34,028 nt of DNA from Polyangiaceae bacterium (lineage in GTDB: Bacteria > Myxococcota_A > Polyangia > Polyangiales > Polyangiaceae): NCBI GenBank assembly GCA_044358965.1, contig JBIKNA010000022.1:1-34028 (forward strand), in the 5' to 3' direction. The notes under the pieces were generated by a model that saw only the letters and a program-made list of their open reading frames with translations, did no database searches and had not been told where the DNA came from. Below, piece after piece: positions 1 to 6,750 of the stretch. Position 1 is the stretch's first letter, and every line of letters begins with the position of its first letter. The position numbers and the translations under genes were made by a program.

Positions 1-351
1 GACGAAGAGTCGCGCCTCATTGCGCCGGGGATGCTCGAGGCCCGTCGGCGCCCAGAGCGCATCGACGGCCATACACGGCTCTTTGGCCCCGTGCCCGCCG
101 AGGCAGCCTTTCGAAAGGCCCGCGATGGTGCCTACGATGGTGTCGTCGCCATGTACCACGACCAGGCGACCATCCCCATGAAGCTCATTGGCTTCGGCGA
201 GGCCGTCAATGTGTCCTTGGGGCTGCCCATCGTGCGTACCAGCGTCGACCACGGCACCGCCTACGACATCGCCGGCAGGGGGCTCGCCGATGCCCGCGGG
301 ATGCGCGCGGCGCTGCAGCTCGCGCGAGTCCTGACCCGGGCGGAGGCGTAG
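1..351 (+). CDS. pdxA: 4-hydroxythreonine-4-phosphate dehydrogenase PdxA, C-terminal part (5' end lies outside the window)
   Basis: Frame 1 is open from nt 1. The C-terminal sequence ...YDGVVAMYHDQATIPMKLIGFGEAVNVSLGLPIVRTSVDHGTAYDIAGRG... matches the conserved PdxA C-terminus (MYHDQG..P.K / TSVDHGTAFDIAGKG). High GC3. Confidence 0.8.
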   Translation, partial: DEESRLIAPGMLEARRRPERIDGHTRLFGPVPAEAAFRKARDGAYDGVVAMYHDQATIPMKLIGFGEAVNVSLGLPIVRTSVDHGTAYDIAGRGLADARGMRAALQLARVLTRAEA

Positions 352-388
352 AAGCACCAGGCTCTTTGGGTCTCGAGACAAGGGCAAC

Positions 389-1195
389 ATGAGCGACCGG
401 GCGCTGACGCCAGCGATGGCTTGGACGAAGTACGACGAGATCGAGGCGCGGCTCACCGCGCCGGTCAGCGCCCGCATGGTGGAGCTTGCGGACCTGAGGC
501 CCAACATGCGCGTGCTCGATTTGGCCACCGGGCGCGGAGAGCCTGCGCTAAGCGCCGCAGCGGGCGTGGGGCCCGGCGGCACCGTGCTGGGGGTGGATTC
601 GGACCCCGACGTTCTCGCCTTGGCAAGGTCCCGTGCGCAGCGCATGGGGATCTCCAATCTGGAACTCTCGGCCACCAGCGCCGAGTCCCTCGACGCGTTG
701 CCGTCCGGTACCTTCGACGCGGTGCTCTGTCGCTGGGGGCTGATGTACATGGCGGCGCCAGCGCGTGCGCTTGCGCATGCCCGTCGCTTGCTGCAGCCGG
801 CGAGGCCCCTGGTGGTCGCGGTTTGGGCGCTGCCCTCACCATGGGCAACGCTGCCGCAGCAGGTGTTTGCGCAGCAAGGAATCGTCGCGCCGGCACCGCT
901 CCGTGCGCTCCGCTACGAAGAACCCGCGGTGCTCGATGCCGAGCTCCGTGCCGCAGGATTTGCCATCGGACACAGCGTCGAGATGACCACTGCGGTGATG
1001 GAGGCGGAAACCGGGGCGGAGGTCGCCACGTGGTACCACGATCTGGGCTTTCTGCGCGCATTGGACCCGCTATCGCCGCCCCGCCGCGCCCTCGCGGAAT
1101 CGATGCTGGCCGCCGAGGCCGAGGGGCTTCGAGCCGGTCGCTCGATTCAGCTATTGGGCACGACGCGTATCGTTGTCGCTCTGGCACCGGGGTGA
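389..1195 (+). CDS. class I SAM-dependent methyltransferase
   Basis: 268-aa ORF with an ATG start 38 nt after pdxA. It has methyltransferase motif I (VLDLATGRGEPAL), a post-I acidic residue (VLGVDSD) and motif II/III (FDAVLCRWGLMYM). Confidence 0.75.
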   Translation: MSDRALTPAMAWTKYDEIEARLTAPVSARMVELADLRPNMRVLDLATGRGEPALSAAAGVGPGGTVLGVDSDPDVLALARSRAQRMGISNLELSATSAESLDALPSGTFDAVLCRWGLMYMAAPARALAHARRLLQPARPLVVAVWALPSPWATLPQQVFAQQGIVAPAPLRALRYEEPAVLDAELRAAGFAIGHSVEMTTAVMEAETGAEVATWYHDLGFLRALDPLSPPRRALAESMLAAEAEGLRAGRSIQLLGTTRIVVALAPG

Positions 1196-1308
1196 GTGTG
1201 CGAGCGCTCCGCGTGCGAAGCCCAGTCCCTTCGAACTGAGACGGCTTCCGGTCATTCCGATGGCGCGTGCGTGGGCGGGCCTCGGCAATTCTGCCCAAGG
1301 AGGCACCG

Positions 1309-1980
1309 ATGCCGGCAGGCATGAGACTCGCACTGTCGTGCTGCTGCTGGCTCCGCCGTCCGGGGCTCGCGCGAAGGAGCTGGGTCATGGCCGAGATGCT
1401 GAAAAAGACTTCGTCGTGGGAGGAAGTGAAGGGGGAGAGCGCCCGAAGCCACCCGGTTCCGCCGGCGCCACCTTCGCGGCCCTTGCCGCTCCGCACATCT
1501 AGCGTTCCACCAAAAGCGCAGTCCGCGGGGGTGGCCGTGGGTGATCTCGGCGCCGAAATCGTGAGCTCCGCGGAACAGCTGATGAGCGCCGGTGTGGACA
1601 AGCAATCGCGACAGGGCGCCAAAGACTTGGCGGAACTCGCAGACGCGCTCCGGCGCACCAGCCTCGAAATCGAAGGCAACGCCGCGGCACCGTACGTGGA
1701 CAAAGCAGCAGAGCAAATGGATCGGGTGGCACAACTGCTCCTCCGGACCGACGCCCGCGCCGCGGTGCGCGGCGTCGAGGGCTTTGCGCGCAGGGAACCT
1801 CTGGTCTTCTTGGGCGGTGCCTTTGTGGCAGGTCTGCTGGGGGCACGATTTCTTCGGAGTTCGTCTACCGCGGCGCCCAAGTCCGCAAACGCCGTGCCGC
1901 CCGATGGCGCCTTCGTGGAACTAAAGGGCTCGTCGCCCGGCACGACACGAAACACGCGGCCGGGACCGCTCGCACCGTGA
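1309..1980 (+). CDS. YqjD/ElaB-like (DUF883-like) membrane-anchored protein with a C-terminal TM helix; the start is uncertain (alternative ATG at 1387)
   Basis: The ORF ends with a predicted TM anchor (REPLVFLGGAFVAGLLGARFLRSS) preceded by a charged helical region, as in DUF883 proteins. A perfect SD (AAGGAGG) lies 5 nt before ATG 1309. An AAGGAG also lies 7 nt before the in-frame ATG 1387. The stop TGA overlaps the GTG start of the next gene (GTGA). Confidence 0.5.
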   Translation: MPAGMRLALSCCCWLRRPGLARRSWVMAEMLKKTSSWEEVKGESARSHPVPPAPPSRPLPLRTSSVPPKAQSAGVAVGDLGAEIVSSAEQLMSAGVDKQSRQGAKDLAELADALRRTSLEIEGNAAAPYVDKAAEQMDRVAQLLLRTDARAAVRGVEGFARREPLVFLGGAFVAGLLGARFLRSSSTAAPKSANAVPPDGAFVELKGSSPGTTRNTRPGPLAP

Positions 1981-2393
1981 CCGGAGGCATTTGGGATGCA
2001 CCGCGGGCGGAGCGCAAAGAGCCCACCATCACGGATCTCTTCGGGCGACTGGCCTCGGACTCAGGCACGCTGCTGCGCCAACAGGTCGAGCTCGCTACGG
2101 AGGAGATGGGGGAGAAGGTTCGCATCGCCGGGCGCTGGCTCGCGGTCATGGCCGCGGGCACGGTGCTCGGTGTCGCGGGGGTGATGTGCCTCGTGGTTGC
2201 AGCCATCTTTGGGCTTGGCACCGCCATGCCGCTGTGGGCCGCGGCGCTCGTGGCCGGTGGCGTCCTTGGGGTCGTGTGTGCGGCGTCCGGGGCCGTGGCC
2301 TACCGCGCGCTCCTCCGTCTGGACCTGACGCCCCGACGAACACTTCGAACGTTGAGAGAGGACCGGTTATGGGTGCAAGAACAGTTCCGATGA
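1977..2393 (+). CDS. DUF1469 'phage holin family' / YqjE-like inner-membrane protein
   Basis: 138 aa. The N-terminal motif TITDLFGRLASDSGTLLRQQVELATEE is followed by two hydrophobic helices (LAVMAAGTVLGVAGVMCLVVAAIFGL / LWAAALVAGGVLGVVCAASGAV), the typical DUF1469 layout. Translationally coupled to the upstream gene. Confidence 0.65.
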   Translation: MTGGIWDAPRAERKEPTITDLFGRLASDSGTLLRQQVELATEEMGEKVRIAGRWLAVMAAGTVLGVAGVMCLVVAAIFGLGTAMPLWAAALVAGGVLGVVCAASGAVAYRALLRLDLTPRRTLRTLREDRLWVQEQFR

Positions 2394-3451
2394 GGGGGAT
2401 CAAGCGCGGCTCGGACAACGATGTCGAGCGCAGAACTTCGCTCGATACGGCCATCGCACGATCGCGCTCGAACCTTGGCGAGACCATCGAAGCATTGCAT
2501 GGGCGGCTGCGCCCGGCTGCGTTTCGTGAAGACGTCATGAAGCAATTTCACGAGGCCAAAGAAACGCTCAAGAGTGAACTCAAAGGTGATCTGTTGGAGG
2601 CCAAGGGCGCCCTCCGACACGCCACCATCGGAAAGGTCGAGACCATGATCCACAGCACACAAGACTCGGTCAGCGCGACGGGGCAGTCCGTTCTCGATAC
2701 CATCAAACAAAACCCCGTTCCGTCGGCCTTGGTGGGCATCGGCCTTCTCTGGATGTTCGCCCGCAGTGGGGAAAGGCGCCGCATCGGCGTGCGCGTGGCG
2801 GACCATGCGCCCTTGCGGGGACCCGACGGCTGGAGTGCCGGAAGTGGCCCCCTTCCGCGTGCATCGAGCGAACTCGGGCACATGGCGGAAGAGGCGCAAA
2901 AGACCGCAGTGCAGGCCGCGCACGAGGCACGTGAGGCCGTGGGCACGCTCGCCGGCAACATCAAGGTGTCCGTGGGTGAGGCCCGCCATGCCGCATCCGA
3001 CAAGCTCAGTGCCTTGGCCCACGACGCCGGAGATCGCGTTTCGCACGCCGCGCACGATGCGCAAGACCAGGGGCGAAAGCTTGGCGGGCGCGCGCAGGGG
3101 GTCTTTGAGCGGAACCCTTTGGCGGTGGGCGCGCTGGTGCTTGCCGCGGGCGTCGCCGTGGGCCTTGCCATTCCGATGTCGCGCAAAGAAACACGGTGGA
3201 TGGGCGCTGCCAGCAAGCAGCTGCGCAGCAAGGCCGAAGTGCTCGCGCGGGATGCGTTTGCCAGCGCCGAGGGAGCGGCGCAGCAGCTCGACTGGAGCCG
3301 CCCGCCGCCGGCCACGCGATCGTCGCCCCGGCCTCCGGAAGTGGCCGAGGACTTTGGCGCCAGCGCAGCCTCCGTCAAGACGCCGTTGGGCGGAATTTAT
3401 GTGCCGCGGCTCGGTGGCGCCAAAGAGCTGGACGGTCCCGGCCATACCTGA
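2369..3451 (+). CDS. DUF3618 domain protein with a C-proximal TM segment and a long low-complexity tail
   Basis: The N-terminus ERRTSLDTAIARSRSNLGETIEALHGRLRP resembles the DUF3618 signature (S.eeI..dIe.tR..L..t.dAL). A later hydrophobic segment NPLAVGALVLAAGVAVGLAIP is present. GAGAGAGGA lies 7 nt upstream of ATG 2369 (alternative ATG at 2390). Overlaps the preceding gene by 25 nt. Confidence 0.6.
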   Translation: MGARTVPMRGIKRGSDNDVERRTSLDTAIARSRSNLGETIEALHGRLRPAAFREDVMKQFHEAKETLKSELKGDLLEAKGALRHATIGKVETMIHSTQDSVSATGQSVLDTIKQNPVPSALVGIGLLWMFARSGERRRIGVRVADHAPLRGPDGWSAGSGPLPRASSELGHMAEEAQKTAVQAAHEAREAVGTLAGNIKVSVGEARHAASDKLSALAHDAGDRVSHAAHDAQDQGRKLGGRAQGVFERNPLAVGALVLAAGVAVGLAIPMSRKETRWMGAASKQLRSKAEVLARDAFASAEGAAQQLDWSRPPPATRSSPRPPEVAEDFGASAASVKTPLGGIYVPRLGGAKELDGPGHT

Positions 3452-3473
3452 GCGCGTCGGCAAAAAGGGACCG

Positions 3474-3500
3474 AAGGGGGCGCGGGCGCCGCGTCCCCTT
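3474..3500. terminator. GC-rich hairpin between convergent genes; candidate bidirectional intrinsic terminator
   Basis: aagggggcgcg-ggcgc-cgcgtcccctt forms an 11-bp stem with one mismatch. It is flanked by an A-run on the left (caaaaag) and a T/G-rich stretch on the right. It sits between the + strand DUF3618 gene and the - strand gene ending at 3523. Confidence 0.4.
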
Positions 3501-3522
3501 GGTGGTCTGTGTGCGCCCTCGC

Positions 3523-3972
3523 TCAGTGACCGCGAGACAAGAAGATGCGGTACGTCAGGTACCCGAGGATGACCGCACACATCACCACGGCGGTAACGTT
3601 CCACATGAGCGGCGTTTTGGTGGGGGCCTGGGTCTTGGTCGACAACAGAAGCTGCGTTGCCGCCATGACCACGCCGTTCAGCCGCTTCTGCGCCAATTCG
3701 CGCTTGGCCTCGTCGTCTTTGAAGGGCCCTTCGGCGTCCGTGAGCGCCTTGTAGAGCCCCGCTGTTTCCGGGAGCTTGTGCGTGCGCACGGCGTACTCGA
3801 TCAGCGCATGGTGCGGCTTGTCGTCAGGCCAAGCGTCGAGCACGCGATCCCATAGCGCGTCGAAGCCGGCATCTCCGGTGCCCGCGCTGGGGCCCGACGC
3901 GGGCGCTGCACTCGGGTCTCCCTCGCCGTCCTTCGCCACTGCTCCCGTCGGCACGAGTTCTTCTTCGCTCAC
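3523..3972 (-). CDS. hypothetical tail-anchored membrane protein (acidic, low-complexity N-terminus with a single C-terminal TM)
   Basis: 149-aa ORF. Its GTG start overlaps the dtd stop (GTGA). The C-terminal hydrophobic helix is VTAVVMCAVILGYLTYRIFL. Codon bias is consistent with the flanking genes. Confidence 0.5.
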   Translation of the reverse strand: MSEEELVPTGAVAKDGEGDPSAAPASGPSAGTGDAGFDALWDRVLDAWPDDKPHHALIEYAVRTHKLPETAGLYKALTDAEGPFKDDEAKRELAQKRLNGVVMAATQLLLSTKTQAPTKTPLMWNVTAVVMCAVILGYLTYRIFLSRGH

Positions 3973-4427
3973 GAGGACATCTCAGCGGATTTCTGGCTGT
4001 CGATCCAGATCGTGATGGGACCTGCGTTCTCCGAGAGCACGCGCATATCGGCGCGAAACACCCCAGTGGCCACCCGGAGTTGCGTGCGGGCCTCGGCCAC
4101 GAAGGCCTGGTAGTGGGCTTCGGCCTGCGCAGGTTCCATGGCGCCCTCGAAGCTCGGGCGATTGCCCCGGCGCACGTCGCCAAAAAGTGTGAACTGACTC
4201 ACCACGAGGAGTTCCCCTTTGGTGTCGAGCACGCTCTTGTCGAGCTTACCGGCATCGTTCTCGAAGATGCGCAGGTTCAACACTTTGCGAAGGATGTAGG
4301 TCCGGTCTGCCGCCGTGTCCCCGGTACCGACGCCGAGATAGACGAGTAGCCCCGGGCCAATGGTGCCGACGGTCTCCCCGGCGACCACCACCTGGGCATG
4401 GTTGACCCGCTGCACGACCGCGCGCAT
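3969..4427 (-). CDS. dtd: D-aminoacyl-tRNA deacylase (D-Tyr-tRNA(Tyr) deacylase)
   Basis: 152 aa, MRAVVQRVNHAQVVVAGETVGTIGPGLLVYLGVG...SQFTLFGD...GNRPSF.... The Dtd hallmarks are present: the QRV start, the SQFTL motif and NGPVT-like GPIT. The start was counted from the ORF-track frame. Confidence 0.9.
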   Translation of the reverse strand: MRAVVQRVNHAQVVVAGETVGTIGPGLLVYLGVGTGDTAADRTYILRKVLNLRIFENDAGKLDKSVLDTKGELLVVSQFTLFGDVRRGNRPSFEGAMEPAQAEAHYQAFVAEARTQLRVATGVFRADMRVLSENAGPITIWIDSQKSAEMSS

Positions 4428-4855
4428 CAGCCAACGGCCTCGGGCAGGCGAAGTTCTCGCGCCAGCGCCTTCACGATGCGGAAGTAGTCTTCGCGGCTGT
4501 AGGGCTCGTTCAAGATGTGGAAGTCTTTCCGCGAGAGCCCGACGCAGCCAAAGCAGTATGTGCAGTCTACACACTGTGTGCAGCGAGCAAGGTACTTGCT
4601 TCGCGCGCAGCGCTGGCACTCCACGCAGTGAGAGCAATCGTTGCAGTGGTCGCTGCGAACGCAGTGCGAGCAATTGGTGCAATCTGCACAGTTGCGGCAG
4701 TGGCTGCAGCCAAAGAGCCGCTTGCTGTCGCTGCAAAAGGTGCAAGCAGAGCAGGCCACGCAGCCCGTGCAGGCCACGCAGCCGGTATTCTCTTGGCTCT
4801 GTTCGGCGGCTTTCTGGAGCTTGCCCAGACGCTCTTGGAACTGTCGTGCATCCAT
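4427..4855 (-). CDS. small cysteine-rich protein (22 Cys, in four runs with Cys at every third residue) with a non-Cys C-terminal tail
   Basis: 142 aa, MDARQFQERLGKLQ...CVACTGCVACSACTFC...CSHCRNCADCTNCSHC...CNDCSHCVECQRC...CTQCVDCTYCFGC...FHILNEPYSREDYFRIVKALAREL. Its stop TGA shares the A with the dtd ATG (TGATG), so the two are translationally coupled. GC3 is typical. No recognisable family. Confidence 0.55.
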   Translation of the reverse strand: MDARQFQERLGKLQKAAEQSQENTGCVACTGCVACSACTFCSDSKRLFGCSHCRNCADCTNCSHCVRSDHCNDCSHCVECQRCARSKYLARCTQCVDCTYCFGCVGLSRKDFHILNEPYSREDYFRIVKALARELRLPEAVG

Positions 4856-4988
4856 GTGACAGGCGGCATGGTGCCCGCTTGCCCAAGAAAAAGCGTGCGA
4901 CAAATTTGGGTGCGCCGAGAGAGATGTAGGACAGTGTGGCCAACCGGGGCTTCCGACCCCGTCGAACCGCTGCCATCTGGAGGATCTC

Positions 4989-6236
4989 ATGAAAGCTTTT
5001 GCCTCGCTGCTCGCTCTCGCCATCGCCCTCGCCCCCGCCGCTGCGCTCGCCGAGACCGCGGCCCCCGAAGCCGGCATCAAGACCGAGAGCCCCGCGCCCA
5101 AGAAGGACGCGAAGAAGCGCCAGCATTCCAAGACCCAGCCCAGCCGCCGCGCGCACACGCAGCAGCACAAGGACGTTGTGACCGTGTCCACCCGCTCCGT
5201 GCAGAAGGCTCCCAAAGAGAGCAAGAGCCACGGCGCCGACAAGGGCCCCAAGAAAGAGTCCAAGAGCGACAAGAAGAACGACTCGAAGCACCCAGCAGGT
5301 AGCTCAGCCTTCGATCACGATCACGCCGCCGAGCCCAAGGCCCAGCTCGGAAGTCGCGGCGATGGTGTAAAGGACCTGGAGCCCTTGCCCACGCCGGAGG
5401 TCGCCCCCAAGACGGCGCACCCCCGTTCGCATGGCGTCAAGCGCGTGTCCCTGCCGGAGCCCAAGTCCCTGCCGGAGCCCAAGAAGGTTGACGAGCCGAC
5501 GGGCTCGTCTCACGCCGGTGGACCCGTGGCGCCCAAGGCACCTAGCAAAGGCAAGGGAGCCGCCAAGGTGGCCAAGGCCGCCGCCGGTGCCAAGACCGAC
5601 GCGCCGCAGGCCAAGAAGTGTTTCAAAGAGGCCGTGACTTTCTTGCGCGGCGCCGAGGTCGACAGCTTTCCGCTGCAGCAATGTGACGGAACCCTGGCGC
5701 CCCTCGCGGTAGAGCACCTGTCCATCATGTTGCGGCCGCATGGCGTCGACAAGCCCGCAGGCTCCCTGGAGCACCTTGCCCGAGAGCACCAGAAAGATCA
5801 GAACCTGGCGCCCAACTTGAGGAAGATCGATGCGCGTTTGATCACGCGTCTCGGGGAGATCCTCGAGGCCACGCACAAGGGCAAGGCTGCCAAGGTCTCC
5901 ATCGTGTCGGGCTATCGACCGCAGTCCCAAGGCAGCCAGCATTCGCTGGGGCGCGCCATGGACTTCCGCATCGACGGCGTCGACAACGAGCGCATCGTGC
6001 AGGCGTGCAAAGGCATGGCCGACGTTGGCTGTGGGTTCTACCCCAACAGCTCCTTCGTGCACCTCGATGTTCGTGACGCAGGCACGGGACATGTGTCCTG
6101 GATCGACGCGAGCGGCCCCGGCGAGGCGCCCAAATACGTGACCGCCTGGCCGCCCCCCGCCGCCGCGGCAGCGGAGACCCCGGCTTCGGCCATGGTGCCG
6201 GAGGCCGACGCAACGGAAAGCCAGGGCCAGCAATAA
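4989..6236 (+). CDS. secreted DUF882 / peptidase M15-like (YcbK family) protein with a Lys/Pro-rich linker
   Basis: Sec signal peptide (MKAFASLLALAIALAPAAALAET), GGAGG 6 nt before the ATG, and a long K/P/E-rich low-complexity region. The C-terminal domain has SGYRPQSQGSQHSLGRAMDFRIDGV...GFYPNSSFVHLDVRD, matching DUF882/Peptidase_M15_3 (SGYRS..N....S.H..G.A.D...GVGYYPRSGFVHVDVR). Confidence 0.75.
   Translation: MKAFASLLALAIALAPAAALAETAAPEAGIKTESPAPKKDAKKRQHSKTQPSRRAHTQQHKDVVTVSTRSVQKAPKESKSHGADKGPKKESKSDKKNDSKHPAGSSAFDHDHAAEPKAQLGSRGDGVKDLEPLPTPEVAPKTAHPRSHGVKRVSLPEPKSLPEPKKVDEPTGSSHAGGPVAPKAPSKGKGAAKVAKAAAGAKTDAPQAKKCFKEAVTFLRGAEVDSFPLQQCDGTLAPLAVEHLSIMLRPHGVDKPAGSLEHLAREHQKDQNLAPNLRKIDARLITRLGEILEATHKGKAAKVSIVSGYRPQSQGSQHSLGRAMDFRIDGVDNERIVQACKGMADVGCGFYPNSSFVHLDVRDAGTGHVSWIDASGPGEAPKYVTAWPPPAAAAAETPASAMVPEADATESQGQQ
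5447..5482 (+). repeat. 18-bp perfect tandem repeat x2 (tccctgccggagcccaag) inside the DUF882 gene linker
   Basis: Read directly from the sequence. It encodes SLPEPK-SLPEPK. Confidence 0.7.
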
Positions 6237-6337
6237 GAGTTCGCGAGAGGGGTGCGTCTCGCAGCGGTGCGCCTCCCTCGTGGCAGTGACAGCAGTGCAG
6301 CGGTAGTCGGAACAACAACACTTATTCTTAGCTTTTG

Positions 6338-6379
6338 GGGAGCGCGGGAATCATCCTGCGCTCCCTTCGTGCTATTTGG
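6338..6379 (+). terminator. hairpin plus T-rich tail in an AT-rich island; candidate intrinsic terminator for the DUF882 gene or a 5'-UTR structure of the glutaredoxin-like gene
   Basis: gggagcgc-gggaatcatcct-gcgctccc is a perfect 8-bp stem, followed by ttcgtgctatttgg. It is embedded in an unusually AT-rich 80 bp (acaacaacacttattcttagctttt). Confidence 0.35.
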
Positions 6380-6384
6380 ACCCC

Positions 6385-6750
6385 ATGACCAGGCCATTGC
6401 TCCACGCAGACCGTGTTCGCGAACCCGCCCGTGCGGCCGTAGCGGCGTTCCATGCAGATGTCGTCGCCGAGGTCGTCGCCGCCGTGGAGACCGAGCCCGT
6501 GGTCATCGTGGGCATGGCGCAGAACCCCGTGGTCAAGCGCGCACGCAAGCTGCTCACCGAGGCACAGATCCCCTTCAAGTACCTCGAGTACGGCAGCTAC
6601 TTCTCCGACTGGAAAAAGCGCCTTGCCATCAAGCTCTGGGCCGGTTGGCCCACGTTCCCCATGGTGTTCGTCAAGGGCAACCTGGTGGGCGGCGCCGACG
6701 AAACCGAGAAGGCGTTGGCCGACGGGGCCATCAAAGAGCTTCTTGGCTAG
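6385..6750 (+). CDS. glutaredoxin-fold protein (Grx-like, no active-site Cys visible)
   Basis: About 121 aa. The sequence VVIVGMAQNPVVKRARKLLTEAQIPFKYLEY...WPTFPMVFVKGNLVGGADE...LL parallels monothiol Grx (VVLFMKG...C.FS...L...gv.f...nil.d.....WPTiPqlyi.GefvGG.D) but has AQNP in place of CGFS. The stop TAG overlaps the stop of the convergent rhodanese-ThiF gene in the palindrome CTAG. Confidence 0.5.
   Translation: MTRPLLHADRVREPARAAVAAFHADVVAEVVAAVETEPVVIVGMAQNPVVKRARKLLTEAQIPFKYLEYGSYFSDWKKRLAIKLWAGWPTFPMVFVKGNLVGGADETEKALADGAIKELLG

Noticed and set aside
465-1955. 496-aa minus-strand ORF antisense to the methyltransferase and YqjD-like genes, and many similar long ORFs (e.g. 2300-3604 -, 6328-7821 -, 13022-14833 -, 14965-16011 -, 17431-19113 +, 19406-20650 -, 21008-22066 +, 22804-23721 -, 28527-29765 +, 29498-30817 +, 29586-31004 -)
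   Set aside because: These ORFs are antisense or out of frame relative to genes with clear family signatures. Their translations are Arg/Pro/Ala/Gly-rich low-complexity strings typical of non-coding frames in about 70% GC DNA, and they have no motifs. They are stop-codon-depletion artefacts.
1977-2393. Phage lysis cassette (holin) implying a prophage
   Set aside because: The 'phage holin family' label of DUF1469 is historical. There is no endolysin, spanin, capsid, terminase or integrase gene nearby. The context (YqjD-like and DUF3618 partners) matches the chromosomal yqjDE-type stress module.
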